Made by a program: the position numbers and the translations under genes. Below are positions 39,731-49,517 of a stretch of DNA of 64,000 bases, piece after piece (the stretch's first letter is position 1; every line of letters begins with the position of its first letter). The notes below the pieces were generated by a model. That model searched no databases. It saw nothing but the letters and a program-made list of their open reading frames with translations, and had not been told where the DNA came from. The stretch lies in the NCBI GenBank assembly GCA_963674865.2, contig CAXXYE010000008.1, forward strand, positions 288,001 to 352,000, in the 5' to 3' direction. The DNA is from Candidatus Hydrogenedentota bacterium (lineage in GTDB: Bacteria; Hydrogenedentota; Hydrogenedentia; Hydrogenedentales; SLHB01).

Positions 39731-41935
39731 CTAGTCCCGTGCGCTCTCGGCCTTATATAGTTGGGGCCGTAGCGCTTCGAAGGCTTCGATTTCTTCACGC
39801 CATTGGCGCGCCATGTGTCTGACGCCCTCGCCTCGCTCAACGCCGCGCCGCAGTCCCGGCCCGCCGGCCAAGGCGTCAAAATGATCATTCCACGCGAACT
39901 CCGCTGGGTGAACGCGTCTGATGGCCTGGATCAGTGCCACGGCGAGCGTGAAAGGGCGCGCCATGCCGGGGTCGGTTACGTCAATCCGTATGCCTTGGCA
40001 AGTCTCGTCTTTGTACCGGGGCTTAATCGCCTTGCCGGGGATGGCGCGCGGCGTGTAGTTGTCGGGGGTGAGCTGGAGGCCGGTAGTCCACTCTGCTTCG
40101 ACCTCTTTCAGAACCACGTCGGGTCGTAGCCAAGGCGCTCCGATAAGCTGAAACGGGGTGTCTGTCCCCCGGCCTTCGTTGAGATTCGTGCCTTCAAACA
40201 GGCACATCCCGATGTAGACGAGCGCCGTCTCCGGCGTCGGGATGTTGGGCGAGGGCGCGAGCCACGGCAGCGAGCAGGAATCGAAGAGGAAATCCGGTGT
40301 CCAGCCATCCAGAGGATGCACCGTCAGAGCCGGTTTGGGGCCGGGCCACTCGCGGGCGAGGAACAGCGTTGCCAATTCGCCCAGCGTCATCCCATGACGC
40401 ACGGGGATGTGGGCATAGCACACCGGCGAGCCGGCCTCATCCGCCGCCGGCCCTTCGATGACGGCTCCACCGAGCGGGTTCGGCCTATCCAGAAGCAGTA
40501 CGGGCGTTCCTGCTTCTCCACAGGCCGCGAGGCACTCGCGCATAGTCGCGGGATAGGTGTAGTACCGCGCACCCACGTCCTGCAGGTCCACCACAAAAAG
40601 GTCCACGCCCGCGAGTTCATCGCGCGAGGGGCGGCGGCGCCGGCCGTACAGACTGATCACCTCCATCCCCGGGGCCGTCTGCCCGCCCACGGATTCCCCG
40701 GCTTCGGCCTGTCCCCGCAGGCCGTGCTCCGGGCTATAGACCACCTTCACGTGGACATCCGGTGCGAGTTTCAGCACATCCAGAATAGGGCGGCCGAGTT
40801 CGTCCACGGCCGCATGATGCGTCAAGAGCGCGATTCGCTTCTCACGCAGCGGGGCGAAGTCGTCCAGGACGAGACGGTCGAGTCCCGTGTGCGTATTACC
40901 GCGGCCGGGATAGAAACGGGCTGCCACGCCGTCGTAGAAGGTGCGTCGAAAAGTCTCGCTGTCCCGGTGCTCGCGGTCAGGATGGCACGTGTTGCCGAGC
41001 AGAATCGCGAACAGGCCGGTGTCGCGGTCCATCCACATGCTGGTGCCCGTCCACCCCGTGTGGCCGAAGGCGGCTCGGCTCGGTAGATAACCTTGCGGTC
41101 CGCCACGCCACGGGTCGAGCTGCCAGCCAAGGCCCTGCCAGGGGTAGCACGCCACCTGGCCCAGCCGCGTCATCTCCGCGAGGGTCGTTTCTTTCAGCAG
41201 CTCTCCTGCCAGCAGCGTCCGGCAGAAACGCGCGACATCCGGCGCTGTCGAGAACAGCCCCGCGTGGCCCGAGACACCGCCCACGGCGTAGGCGTTTTCG
41301 TCGTGGACCTCGCCACGCATCACGCGGCCGCGCCACGAGCACCACGCAGTCGCCGCGCAGCGTTCGCGCATGGCCGGCGGCGGGTTGAAGGTCGTATCCT
41401 TCATTCCCAGCGGCTCAAATATCCTCTTGCGGCAGAAGGCATCCAGCGAGTCGCGGGACGCCAACTCGACCACCATGCCCAGCAGCAGAAAACCGGGGTC
41501 CGAATACCGGCGGCGTGTTCCCGGTTCCCAGTCCGGCTCGATGTCGGCACAGCGCTGCACAAATTCCGTCACGCTGTGGACATCTTTGTAATCCGCGTGC
41601 CAGGCGTAGAGGCCCGACGTGTGGGTGAGGAGATTCCGGATCGTGAATCGGCTCAAGGATGGCACCGGGATATGTTCCGATACCGGCTGATCGAGGGCGA
41701 GGACGCCGTCATCGCGGAGCAGCATGACGGCGGTTGTTGTAGCGATCACTTTTGTCAGCGACGCCAAGTCGTATACCGTTAGCCGCTCCGCGGGGAGGGG
41801 CTTGGGCGTTACCTGCCGCCTGCCCTCGGCCTCGAAGAAATACGTTTCATCCTTGGCCCCGACATAGGCCACGCCGCCGGGGCACTTCGCCTTCGAGACC
41901 GCCTCCCGCAATGCTTTGTGCAATGAATCTTGCAT
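39731..41935 (-). CDS. Serine hydrolase (beta-lactamase family) fused to exo-beta-N-acetylmuramidase NamZ (DUF1343)
   Basis: SLTK, LLTHTSG, YSD, GHTGWTG, then SPEHG, SLYG, DLQDVGARYYTY, LDRPNPLGG, HGMTLGELA, PSPN, EGRGTDTPF. Confidence 0.9.
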   Translation of the reverse strand: MQDSLHKALREAVSKAKCPGGVAYVGAKDETYFFEAEGRRQVTPKPLPAERLTVYDLASLTKVIATTTAVMLLRDDGVLALDQPVSEHIPVPSLSRFTIRNLLTHTSGLYAWHADYKDVHSVTEFVQRCADIEPDWEPGTRRRYSDPGFLLLGMVVELASRDSLDAFCRKRIFEPLGMKDTTFNPPPAMRERCAATAWCSWRGRVMRGEVHDENAYAVGGVSGHAGLFSTAPDVARFCRTLLAGELLKETTLAEMTRLGQVACYPWQGLGWQLDPWRGGPQGYLPSRAAFGHTGWTGTSMWMDRDTGLFAILLGNTCHPDREHRDSETFRRTFYDGVAARFYPGRGNTHTGLDRLVLDDFAPLREKRIALLTHHAAVDELGRPILDVLKLAPDVHVKVVYSPEHGLRGQAEAGESVGGQTAPGMEVISLYGRRRRPSRDELAGVDLFVVDLQDVGARYYTYPATMRECLAACGEAGTPVLLLDRPNPLGGAVIEGPAADEAGSPVCYAHIPVRHGMTLGELATLFLAREWPGPKPALTVHPLDGWTPDFLFDSCSLPWLAPSPNIPTPETALVYIGMCLFEGTNLNEGRGTDTPFQLIGAPWLRPDVVLKEVEAEWTTGLQLTPDNYTPRAIPGKAIKPRYKDETCQGIRIDVTDPGMARPFTLAVALIQAIRRVHPAEFAWNDHFDALAGGPGLRRGVERGEGVRHMARQWREEIEAFEALRPQLYKAESARD

Positions 41936-42289
41936 TATCCTCTCACATGCATGCCTGCTGCCACTCTGCGGGATTATCTTCGATACGCGCGGGGCGTGCA
42001 ACCGTCCCGCGTCGCCGCAATCGCCGACTAATTCGACCGTGCCGCGCGCTTGGCACCTCTGAGCGACTTCTCCTCTTGAAACCTGCTCACCTATTAGGTG
42101 AAGCCACCCATCTTGCGAACGCCTTTTCCTCCAATGACCTGACGCGCGGCACAATTGGCAATCCGGCCACCGGGGCGTCGGCGATCCAGAGTCAGGGCGC
42201 CGTGGCCTGCTTGACGCGCTTCGGGCGAGATAGCCATACTCGCGAAATCAGAGTCAGAATTCCGAAAGAGACATCGGGGAAGGTGTTTT

Positions 42290-44701
42290 GTGAGGCGAAA
42301 GGCGACTATCGTACGCGCGGCCGCGCTCCTTGCGGCGCCGGTGCTCCTTCACGATCAGGGCGCCGCCCCGCTCGCCATCCTGGCGTGTCTTCACCTGGTT
42401 GTCCTTGCCTCACCTGCGTATGCGTTCTGCTTTCTCCTGGTTCTCCTGGCTCTTGCGCTGCCCAGTGCCGCGGACAGGCTGGGGGATTTCTGGGCATCGG
42501 TAGACAGACTCCTTCGAGGGGCTGACGTCGCAGGACTCAGCAGCAGCACTTGGATGCTCATTCTGGCCGTCGGATTGCTCTGTGCCATGGGCCTGCGCTG
42601 GGCCAAGAAGCCGCAGGCCGGTGCCGGCGCGACAAGGGAGGATGAGCCGCCGCCCTTCAAAGCTTGGTTTGTGTTGGGCGCGGTAGCTCTCGGCGTATCT
42701 GTTCTCGGACTGTTGCTTGCTTCCGCCGGTGTGGCTATCTTCCGCGATTATGCCTTCTTCAACGCCATCTGGCATGTGGTCACGACGAAAACATCGCTTC
42801 TCACCTTCAATCTGGTACTTGTTGTGGTGTTAGGCGTGTCGGGGCGGCTCGTCGAGCGGCCTGCTCCCGGCGCCCGCGCCGCCGAAGCGTTGCACTTCGC
42901 GGGCCGGGGCCTTCGCCTGTGGCTCATCAACGCGGCTGTCATGCTGGTGCTTGGCTGGCTGGCCCACGAAGCCGCGTTGGGCGAGGCGGCGGTGTGGGCG
43001 CTTTCGCTGCTACTGCTTCAACAGGCGCTCGGGAGGGCCGTGGACGCCCCGCTATGGGGCGCCGGCGCCATATCAGGCGTCCGGGATGATCATCCCCTTG
43101 CGGATACAGCTCTGGATAAGGATCGCTCGCCCGCCCGCCTGTGGGTGCTGGCTCTTGTCGCTCTCGCGAGTCTTTATCCCTTCTGGGTGGCCAGCCAGGC
43201 GTGGCGTTTCCTTGGTGATGACGCCTATATCACGCTTACCTACGCGAAGTGCATTGCCGATGGCCGCGGCTTTGTCTTCAACCATCCTCCTCCCACCCTC
43301 GGGACCACCACGCCCTTCTTTGCCCTCACTATCGGCCTGCTGGGCAGGGCGATGCGGGGTGTCGACGTCAGTCAGATCGCGGCCGTCTTCACGGCATTGT
43401 GTTGGGTGGGCACGGCGTGGCTCGTGGTGCTCTTCCGGAAGCGCTTCGGCCTCTCGCAGGTTGAGGCCGCCATCGTGGCGTGCGTCGTCCTCTTTTCTGT
43501 ATACATCGCAAGCACCATCGGCAATCCCATCGGGGCCGAGGCGCTCGTATTCTCCTTCCTGCTCACCTTGAGCATTGCCCTTGCCGTGAGCCGCTGCTGG
43601 TTCGCCGCCGGAATCACCACAGGCCTACTCTTCCTCACGCGAGGGGAAGGCGCTCTATTGGGGCCCATCCTCGCGGTGTTCGCGCTCATCACGTCGTTGA
43701 AGGAGAAGCCGAAGAATCCGCTGGCGCATCTCTGGGCGCCGTGCCTTCTTGCTCTGGGCTTTGCCTTGCCGGTGCTGGCGTGGTTTCTATACGCCAAGGC
43801 CACCTTCGGGCATTTCCTCCCCCACACACTCGAGGTCAAGATGGCGCAAGGCCGCGCGGCCGTACGTCCGACGTTCGTCCAGAGGTTGCCTTACTGGGCA
43901 TCCCATTGGGGAGGCCGTTTCCCGGGCGTGCCTCAACTCAAGTACCTCTTCTGGGCGCTGGCGTTCTTGGGCCTCGTTTTCCCGATCTACGGCAATCCCC
44001 GCTGGTACATGTTCCTGATATGGGGATACGCTTATGTAATCGGATACGCGGCCCTGGGCGTCCGGGCGTACCATTGGTACCAGAAGCCGCTGCAATTCGT
44101 CTGGATTTTGCTGGTCGGCCTGGGCATTGTTGCGCTCATCCGAGTGCTCACGCGTATGCCGCGGACGAAGCGCGCCTTAGGCCGGGCCGTCGCCGCCTTG
44201 ATCGCCGCGGCGGGACTGGGCTTTCCGCTTGCCGGCAACGTGTGGCGCACGCTCCATTACGAAGGCGATCCGCGCGCCCCATCCTATCTGTCGGCCTGTC
44301 AGTGGCTTCGCGAGCACACCAAGCCAGAGGAAAGCGTTGTCGCGGGTGAAATCGGATATGTCGGCTACTTCACCGACAAAAGGATTATCGATCTGGCCGG
44401 TCTGATCATGCCTGAGGCATGTGAGGGCGGCGAGGTGCGCGGCACCAATTGGATCCTCCAAACCTACGAGCCCGACTGCTTCTTCACTGCGTGGCAGACA
44501 CCTGAAGAAGGCCGCAATCTGGAGGATCACTTCTCCACCAAAGCGGGCGAGTACCGGCTTGTCCATTTCGTTCAGCCGAGCGAAACCGACCGCGGGTGCG
44601 CGGTCTACAAACGCAGCAACGCCCCTGTATCATCTGATGATTCCGCCGCCGTGCGCAGGTTAAGGCCTCGCCCGGGCACACGCGGCCCAACGTGGTTCTG
44701 A
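42290..44701 (+). CDS. Polytopic membrane protein, GT-C glycosyltransferase-like
   Basis: DDAYITLTYA..GRGFVFN..GTTTP, TRGEG, many TM helices, EIGYVGYF..IIDLAGL. Confidence 0.75.
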   Translation: MRRKATIVRAAALLAAPVLLHDQGAAPLAILACLHLVVLASPAYAFCFLLVLLALALPSAADRLGDFWASVDRLLRGADVAGLSSSTWMLILAVGLLCAMGLRWAKKPQAGAGATREDEPPPFKAWFVLGAVALGVSVLGLLLASAGVAIFRDYAFFNAIWHVVTTKTSLLTFNLVLVVVLGVSGRLVERPAPGARAAEALHFAGRGLRLWLINAAVMLVLGWLAHEAALGEAAVWALSLLLLQQALGRAVDAPLWGAGAISGVRDDHPLADTALDKDRSPARLWVLALVALASLYPFWVASQAWRFLGDDAYITLTYAKCIADGRGFVFNHPPPTLGTTTPFFALTIGLLGRAMRGVDVSQIAAVFTALCWVGTAWLVVLFRKRFGLSQVEAAIVACVVLFSVYIASTIGNPIGAEALVFSFLLTLSIALAVSRCWFAAGITTGLLFLTRGEGALLGPILAVFALITSLKEKPKNPLAHLWAPCLLALGFALPVLAWFLYAKATFGHFLPHTLEVKMAQGRAAVRPTFVQRLPYWASHWGGRFPGVPQLKYLFWALAFLGLVFPIYGNPRWYMFLIWGYAYVIGYAALGVRAYHWYQKPLQFVWILLVGLGIVALIRVLTRMPRTKRALGRAVAALIAAAGLGFPLAGNVWRTLHYEGDPRAPSYLSACQWLREHTKPEESVVAGEIGYVGYFTDKRIIDLAGLIMPEACEGGEVRGTNWILQTYEPDCFFTAWQTPEEGRNLEDHFSTKAGEYRLVHFVQPSETDRGCAVYKRSNAPVSSDDSAAVRRLRPRPGTRGPTWF

Positions 44702-45951
44702 TCATCATCGACACACTGCGTGCCGACAAACTCGGCTGCTATGGATTTACCAAGGAGACCTCCCCCGAACTCGATCGCTTCGCAGCAGAAGGCGTCCAAT
44801 TCAGACGCGTCGTGTCTCAGTGCAGTTGGACCCGGCCGTCTATCGCCTCCATGTTGAGCTCCCGCTATCCACGAACACTCATCCTCTACAGGGAAGAAGA
44901 CGAGATCCTCAACGACCGCTTTTTCATGCTATCCGAGACTCTTCGCGACCACGGCTATACGGCCCTCGGCGTCACCGCAAAGCCGGTGATCAATAGCGCG
45001 TTCAACATGGATCAGGGCTTTGCGACGTACATCGACAGCGATGTTATCTTCTCCTGGATGCAGTCTGACGAGGGCCAGCGCACGGCGCGGAATGAGCGAC
45101 TTGCCTCCGCCAGAGAGATCTTCGACACCACGCTCGGACTTGTAGCCGACGCGCATGAGTTTCCGTACTACATCCAACTCAATATCATGGAAATGCACGA
45201 GTTCTGGCGGCGAGTCCACCACCTCACCCGGCCCGAATTCGGTAGCTACTTCGAGGGATTGGCGAGTGCCGCGTACCTGCGCGCGCTCCGGCAGGTATCC
45301 CTGGATATCGATGCCTTCGTCAAGGAACTGACCGTCCTGCCCGGATGGCAGGACACCATTTTCATTTTCACCAGCGACCACGGCCAAGGGCTTACCGATC
45401 ACCCGAGTGTGCCGCACTCGGAAAGCCACGGCCGCCTGTTGTACGAGTCGCAGGTTATCGTGCCGCTGATCCTCTACCATCCCCTTCAGAAGCTGGGAAC
45501 AGGGAGCGTCGACCAGCCCGTTCGCCTGCTGGACCTCGCCCCCACGCTGCTCGACCTGCTCGGAATTCCGGCCCCTGAGGAGTATCAAGGCACTTCGCTG
45601 GTCGCCCTGTTCCGTGAGCAGCACGCTGTTCCAGACCTCCCCGAAGCCTTCGTCGCCGAGACGCACTTCCGCGGTTTCGACAAGATTGCCGTCTACGCGG
45701 GTGACTGGGACTATATCGAGAATCGCGACGGCCATCCCTCCTTGAATCCCCAAGAACTTCAGCGTGCTCAAGCGTGGCAGGATGGCCGCAAGACCGACCA
45801 GGCCTCGAAGCACCCGGATGTGGTCAGTCGACTGCAAGCATTCCTACAAAACTGGGAGCAATCCTTCCCGCCGGTCCAGGCAACGACGATTGCGCGGGAG
45901 CTATCTGGCGATGTAAGGTATCAACTGAAGGCCATCGGCTACTTGGACTGA
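44692..45951 (+). CDS. Sulfatase-like hydrolase (possibly the C-terminal part of a frameshifted fusion)
   Basis: (RPNV)VLIIIDTLRAD, CSWTRPS, TSDHG, HG..LYE..VPLI, DLAPTLL, QLKAIGY. Confidence 0.88.
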   Translation: MVLIIIDTLRADKLGCYGFTKETSPELDRFAAEGVQFRRVVSQCSWTRPSIASMLSSRYPRTLILYREEDEILNDRFFMLSETLRDHGYTALGVTAKPVINSAFNMDQGFATYIDSDVIFSWMQSDEGQRTARNERLASAREIFDTTLGLVADAHEFPYYIQLNIMEMHEFWRRVHHLTRPEFGSYFEGLASAAYLRALRQVSLDIDAFVKELTVLPGWQDTIFIFTSDHGQGLTDHPSVPHSESHGRLLYESQVIVPLILYHPLQKLGTGSVDQPVRLLDLAPTLLDLLGIPAPEEYQGTSLVALFREQHAVPDLPEAFVAETHFRGFDKIAVYAGDWDYIENRDGHPSLNPQELQRAQAWQDGRKTDQASKHPDVVSRLQAFLQNWEQSFPPVQATTIARELSGDVRYQLKAIGYLD

Positions 45952-46000
45952 AACGCGGCGACAAGCTCCGCCACGCGCACGCGTGAGGAGAACGGACGAC

Positions 46001-46213
46001 ATGGCGCTCGATGATGATGATACACACTGGTTTGGGCGGATCCTCGGAGGTATCGTAGTCGGCGTTGGGGCATTCCTCATACTTACTTTCGAGAGCTTCT
46101 GGGAATTGACGCTTACTCCGCGTATTGCAATCGCCGCTAGTTTCGGCCTGTTCTTCCTGCTCTTCGGAGGCAATGTCTGGCGCTGGATCAGGGAACTGGA
46201 GTGGTGGTTGTGA
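46001..46213 (+). CDS. Small two-TM membrane protein
   Basis: Two hydrophobic segments; GAGGAG upstream. Confidence 0.6.
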   Translation: MALDDDDTHWFGRILGGIVVGVGAFLILTFESFWELTLTPRIAIAASFGLFFLLFGGNVWRWIRELEWWL

Positions 46214-46261
46214 CGGTGTCACGCGCCGTGTGAGAGCGTGCCAAGGGGGAATCGAGGGAAG

Positions 46262-47011
46262 ATGGAGCGGCTTATTGAGTCCACGGCCCTTTTCCTTGCG
46301 GGATACATTCCATCGTGGAAGGGCATTTTCGTCGGGGCGCCGATAGGCCTTGCCTGGTTCTATGCCTGTCTCTCGCTCGCCGGGCACCTCAAGCTCCGCA
46401 GAGGTTTCAAGACGGGATACAGCCGTAAGGTCTTCCATTTCCTCGTCTTCACGAGCGTTGCTCTTATCCATTGGATTTGGGACGTTCGTATTGTCTGCGT
46501 CTTTGGCGCATCCTGCACCGTGGTGATCTTCTACGCTGTTTTCCGGGGAGCCGGCCATCCTCTGTACGAAGCGCTTGCCAGAGAGAAGGATGCGCCGCAC
46601 CGGACTCATTACATCATCACGCCATACTTCGCGACGCTTATCGGGGGGCTTGCCTCGAATATGCTGTTCGGCCCGATGGCCATTGTCGGTTACCTCGTTA
46701 CCGGATTCGGCGATGCCGTCGGCGAGCCGATCGGCACCCGGTTCGGGAGGCATACATACCGCGTGCCCGCGCGCGCCGGCGTTCCGGCCGTCCGGAGCTG
46801 GGAGGGATCCTCAGCCGTCTTCGTTGCGTCGCTCGTGGCCATTCTGGCTGCCGTGGGGCTGTTGCCCGAACTGTCTTTCGGTTGGCCATCTATGTTCGTG
46901 ATTTCTGTGCTCGGGCTTGCATGTGCCGTTGTCGAGGCCGTGTCCCCCCACGGGTGGGACAACGCAACGATGCAGATTGTCCCCTCCATGCTGGCCACGC
47001 TCTTGCTCTAG
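46262..47011 (+). CDS. Phytol/dolichol kinase-like membrane protein (CTP-dependent polyprenyl kinase family)
   Basis: SRKVFH, GFGDAVGEPIGTRFG, RSWEGS, VEAVS..GWDN. Confidence 0.8.
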   Translation: MERLIESTALFLAGYIPSWKGIFVGAPIGLAWFYACLSLAGHLKLRRGFKTGYSRKVFHFLVFTSVALIHWIWDVRIVCVFGASCTVVIFYAVFRGAGHPLYEALAREKDAPHRTHYIITPYFATLIGGLASNMLFGPMAIVGYLVTGFGDAVGEPIGTRFGRHTYRVPARAGVPAVRSWEGSSAVFVASLVAILAAVGLLPELSFGWPSMFVISVLGLACAVVEAVSPHGWDNATMQIVPSMLATLLL

Positions 47012-47113
47012 CGCCGGCGGTTTACGCCCGGTTGTTCCACACCTCGTTGGAGGGAGACCCCTTCGCGCCTGAGCGGCTCCGGCGAAGGCTCGCAGTCGGA
47101 CTGCTCGAGCCTC

Positions 47114-47791
47114 CTAGCGAGGCGGCCCTGGCATTGGCCTGATAGGCGGGACTCCGTCGAGTGTACCGCCTTGCACGCCGACGTTGACTGCGGCGGGCGG
47201 CAGCGGATTGGGGCGCACGGCGCCCGGTTCCGGATCTATCCCCTGGAAACGGGTGTAGTAATTGGGGCGCGCCGGCACCTCGGGCAGATTGCCCGCGTAG
47301 TCCCCGTCATCATCGCACGCGTAATACCGCGTAATGCTGTGTTTGCTGACCACCTTGAACTCGTTATCCCTCTTCGCCTTCTCCTCGGCCCCCGGCAAGT
47401 CCATATGCTGTGGCGCCGTGGCAACGATCTCGTAGTAGAACCGGATGGCGTAGGCGATGGGATAGATCAGCGAGTCCGAGCGATAGATGTCCCGCACTTC
47501 GTAGCCGGTGAAATGCCGGTACATCTTGATGTATATGCCCGTCTCTCCCATGGGAAGATCTTGCGTGTGCAACTGCACCTTGGCCTTGTAGGCTGCGTCA
47601 GCCACATTGAACCTCGTCAGATCCGCCTCGGCGAGGTCGGCGGCTTTCTCCTTGAGCATGTCGACGAAGGCTTTCGAGCGGATTGCCGGGCTTGGCGCGG
47701 CGGGAGGCGAGGAGGAAGAGCCGGACAGATTCGTCTGGCTGCAGCCAAGGGCCAATATGCTCAACACAAGGAACGGGATGAACATCTTCAT
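47114..47791 (-). CDS. Lipoprotein, unknown function
   Basis: MKMFIPFLVLSILALGC lipobox; GGAGG RBS. Confidence 0.75.
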   Translation of the reverse strand: MKMFIPFLVLSILALGCSQTNLSGSSSSPPAAPSPAIRSKAFVDMLKEKAADLAEADLTRFNVADAAYKAKVQLHTQDLPMGETGIYIKMYRHFTGYEVRDIYRSDSLIYPIAYAIRFYYEIVATAPQHMDLPGAEEKAKRDNEFKVVSKHSITRYYACDDDGDYAGNLPEVPARPNYYTRFQGIDPEPGAVRPNPLPPAAVNVGVQGGTLDGVPPIRPMPGPPR

Positions 47792-48009
47792 GAGTGCTTC
47801 CTCCAAGAGAGGGGAGGTGTGTGGGGAATTTTCCTACGCGTATGACCCTCCCCAATACCAGACTATATTATACCTTTGGTCTTTCCGAGGTTCCAGAATC
47901 GGCCATTCGCCGGCGGCCGTGGTAATATGATCTCGCGCAGGGGAAAACGCAGCCACGATGTCCTATAGCCTGCACGCTCCGCACTTGGAGCCGGCTGGGC
48001 CCGGAGGAG

Positions 48010-49416
48010 GTGCGTTTGATGGTTAATGCTCAGGTTCAGCAAGAGCGCATCAGAGATCTGAACGACCTACCTGGCCGCTCGGGGCGGTATGTCCTCTATT
48101 GGATGCAGCAATCGCAGCGCGCCGAGTGCAACCACGCCCTCGAATTCGCGGCCCAGCAGGCCAATGAACTGCGCCGGCCCCTGGTGGTCGTGTTTGGCCT
48201 GATGGGAGACTATCCCGGCGCCAATCGGCGTCACTACCTCTTTATGCTGCAGGGCCTTGAAGAGACACGCCGGACGCTGAAAGAGCGCGGAATTCGCTTC
48301 GTGATTCGGCTCGGACGGCCCGATGCTGTCGCGCTGGACATGGCCCAGGACGCCTCGATGGTAGTCTGCGACGCTGCATACCTCCGCCATCAGAAGCGAT
48401 GGCGGCGAGAGGTGGCCCGCCGCGCGTCATGCCGCGTGTGTCAGGTCGAGGCCGACGTGGTGGTTCCCGTCGAAGTGGCTTCCGATAAGTCCGAATATGC
48501 CGCGCGAACCATCCGGCCCAAGATCCAGCGCCGGCTCGACGCTTTCCTCAAGGGACTCCCCGCCATGTCTCTCGAAAGGGACTCCCTCGGTATGCGCATC
48601 CGTGGGCCCGCCCCCGCCAAGCCGGAGCAATGGCTTGAAGAACTCGGTGTGGAGGCGTCCGCGCCGCCGGTGGCGCGCTTTTTCACGGGCGGCACGGGCG
48701 AGGCTATACGCCGTCTGCGGGACTTCATCCAACATGGCCTTGCGGGATACGCCACCAGGCGCAGGGAACTCACCGGTGTGGGTGTATCGGAACTTGGCCC
48801 CTACCTCCACTTCGGGCAGATTGCACCGCTTCAGATTGCTCTCGAGGTGCGCGCGTCGCGCGCCGGCTCAAAGGATGATCGCGAGGCCTTTCTGGAGGAA
48901 TTGATCATCCGGCGGGAACTGGCCTGCAACTACGCCCATTTCACGTCGAATTACGACGCGTTTGACGCTTTGCCCGCCTGGGCGCGGAAGACGTTGGCCA
49001 AACACGCCGGCGATGCGCGGGAGCACGTCTACACGCTCCGGCAACTGGAAGCCGCGAAGACGCACGACAGGTACTGGAACGCCGCCATGTCCGAAATGCG
49101 GGCCACCGGTTACCTTCACAATCACCTCCGCATGTACTGGGGAAAAAAGATCCTCGAATGGAGCGCATCCCCCGAGAAAGCCTTCCGCAGCGCTCTGGCG
49201 CTCAACAATAAGTACTTTCTCGACGGGCGCGACGCCAACTCATTCGCCAATGTAGCCTGGCTCTTCGGCCTCCACGATCGCCCCTGGGGGGAGCGGCCTA
49301 TCTTCGGAACGGTGCGGTACATGTCGGCCGAGGGCCTCGAACGCAAGTGCGATATGGCCGGTTACCTGGAGCATGTGGACGCCCTGCTTGCGCAGCAACG
49401 CGAGGAATGCCCGTAG
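48010..49416 (+). CDS. phrB: Deoxyribodipyrimidine (CPD) photolyase, class II
   Basis: VLYWMQ..QR..NHAL, S.LGPYLHFGQI, EELIIRRELA.N, THD.YWNAA, HNHLRMYWGKKILEW, LDGRDAN, ERPIFGTVRYM. Confidence 0.92.
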   Translation: MRLMVNAQVQQERIRDLNDLPGRSGRYVLYWMQQSQRAECNHALEFAAQQANELRRPLVVVFGLMGDYPGANRRHYLFMLQGLEETRRTLKERGIRFVIRLGRPDAVALDMAQDASMVVCDAAYLRHQKRWRREVARRASCRVCQVEADVVVPVEVASDKSEYAARTIRPKIQRRLDAFLKGLPAMSLERDSLGMRIRGPAPAKPEQWLEELGVEASAPPVARFFTGGTGEAIRRLRDFIQHGLAGYATRRRELTGVGVSELGPYLHFGQIAPLQIALEVRASRAGSKDDREAFLEELIIRRELACNYAHFTSNYDAFDALPAWARKTLAKHAGDAREHVYTLRQLEAAKTHDRYWNAAMSEMRATGYLHNHLRMYWGKKILEWSASPEKAFRSALALNNKYFLDGRDANSFANVAWLFGLHDRPWGERPIFGTVRYMSAEGLERKCDMAGYLEHVDALLAQQREECP

Positions 49417-49517
49417 GTTCGCGCGGAGTTGAACTCCGGCGCGCGCGCAAGTATGTTGCTCTCCACGATTCGCGCAAGGCCGCGCCTTCGCCCGGCATGT
49501 TGGAAAGGAAGCAAAGC

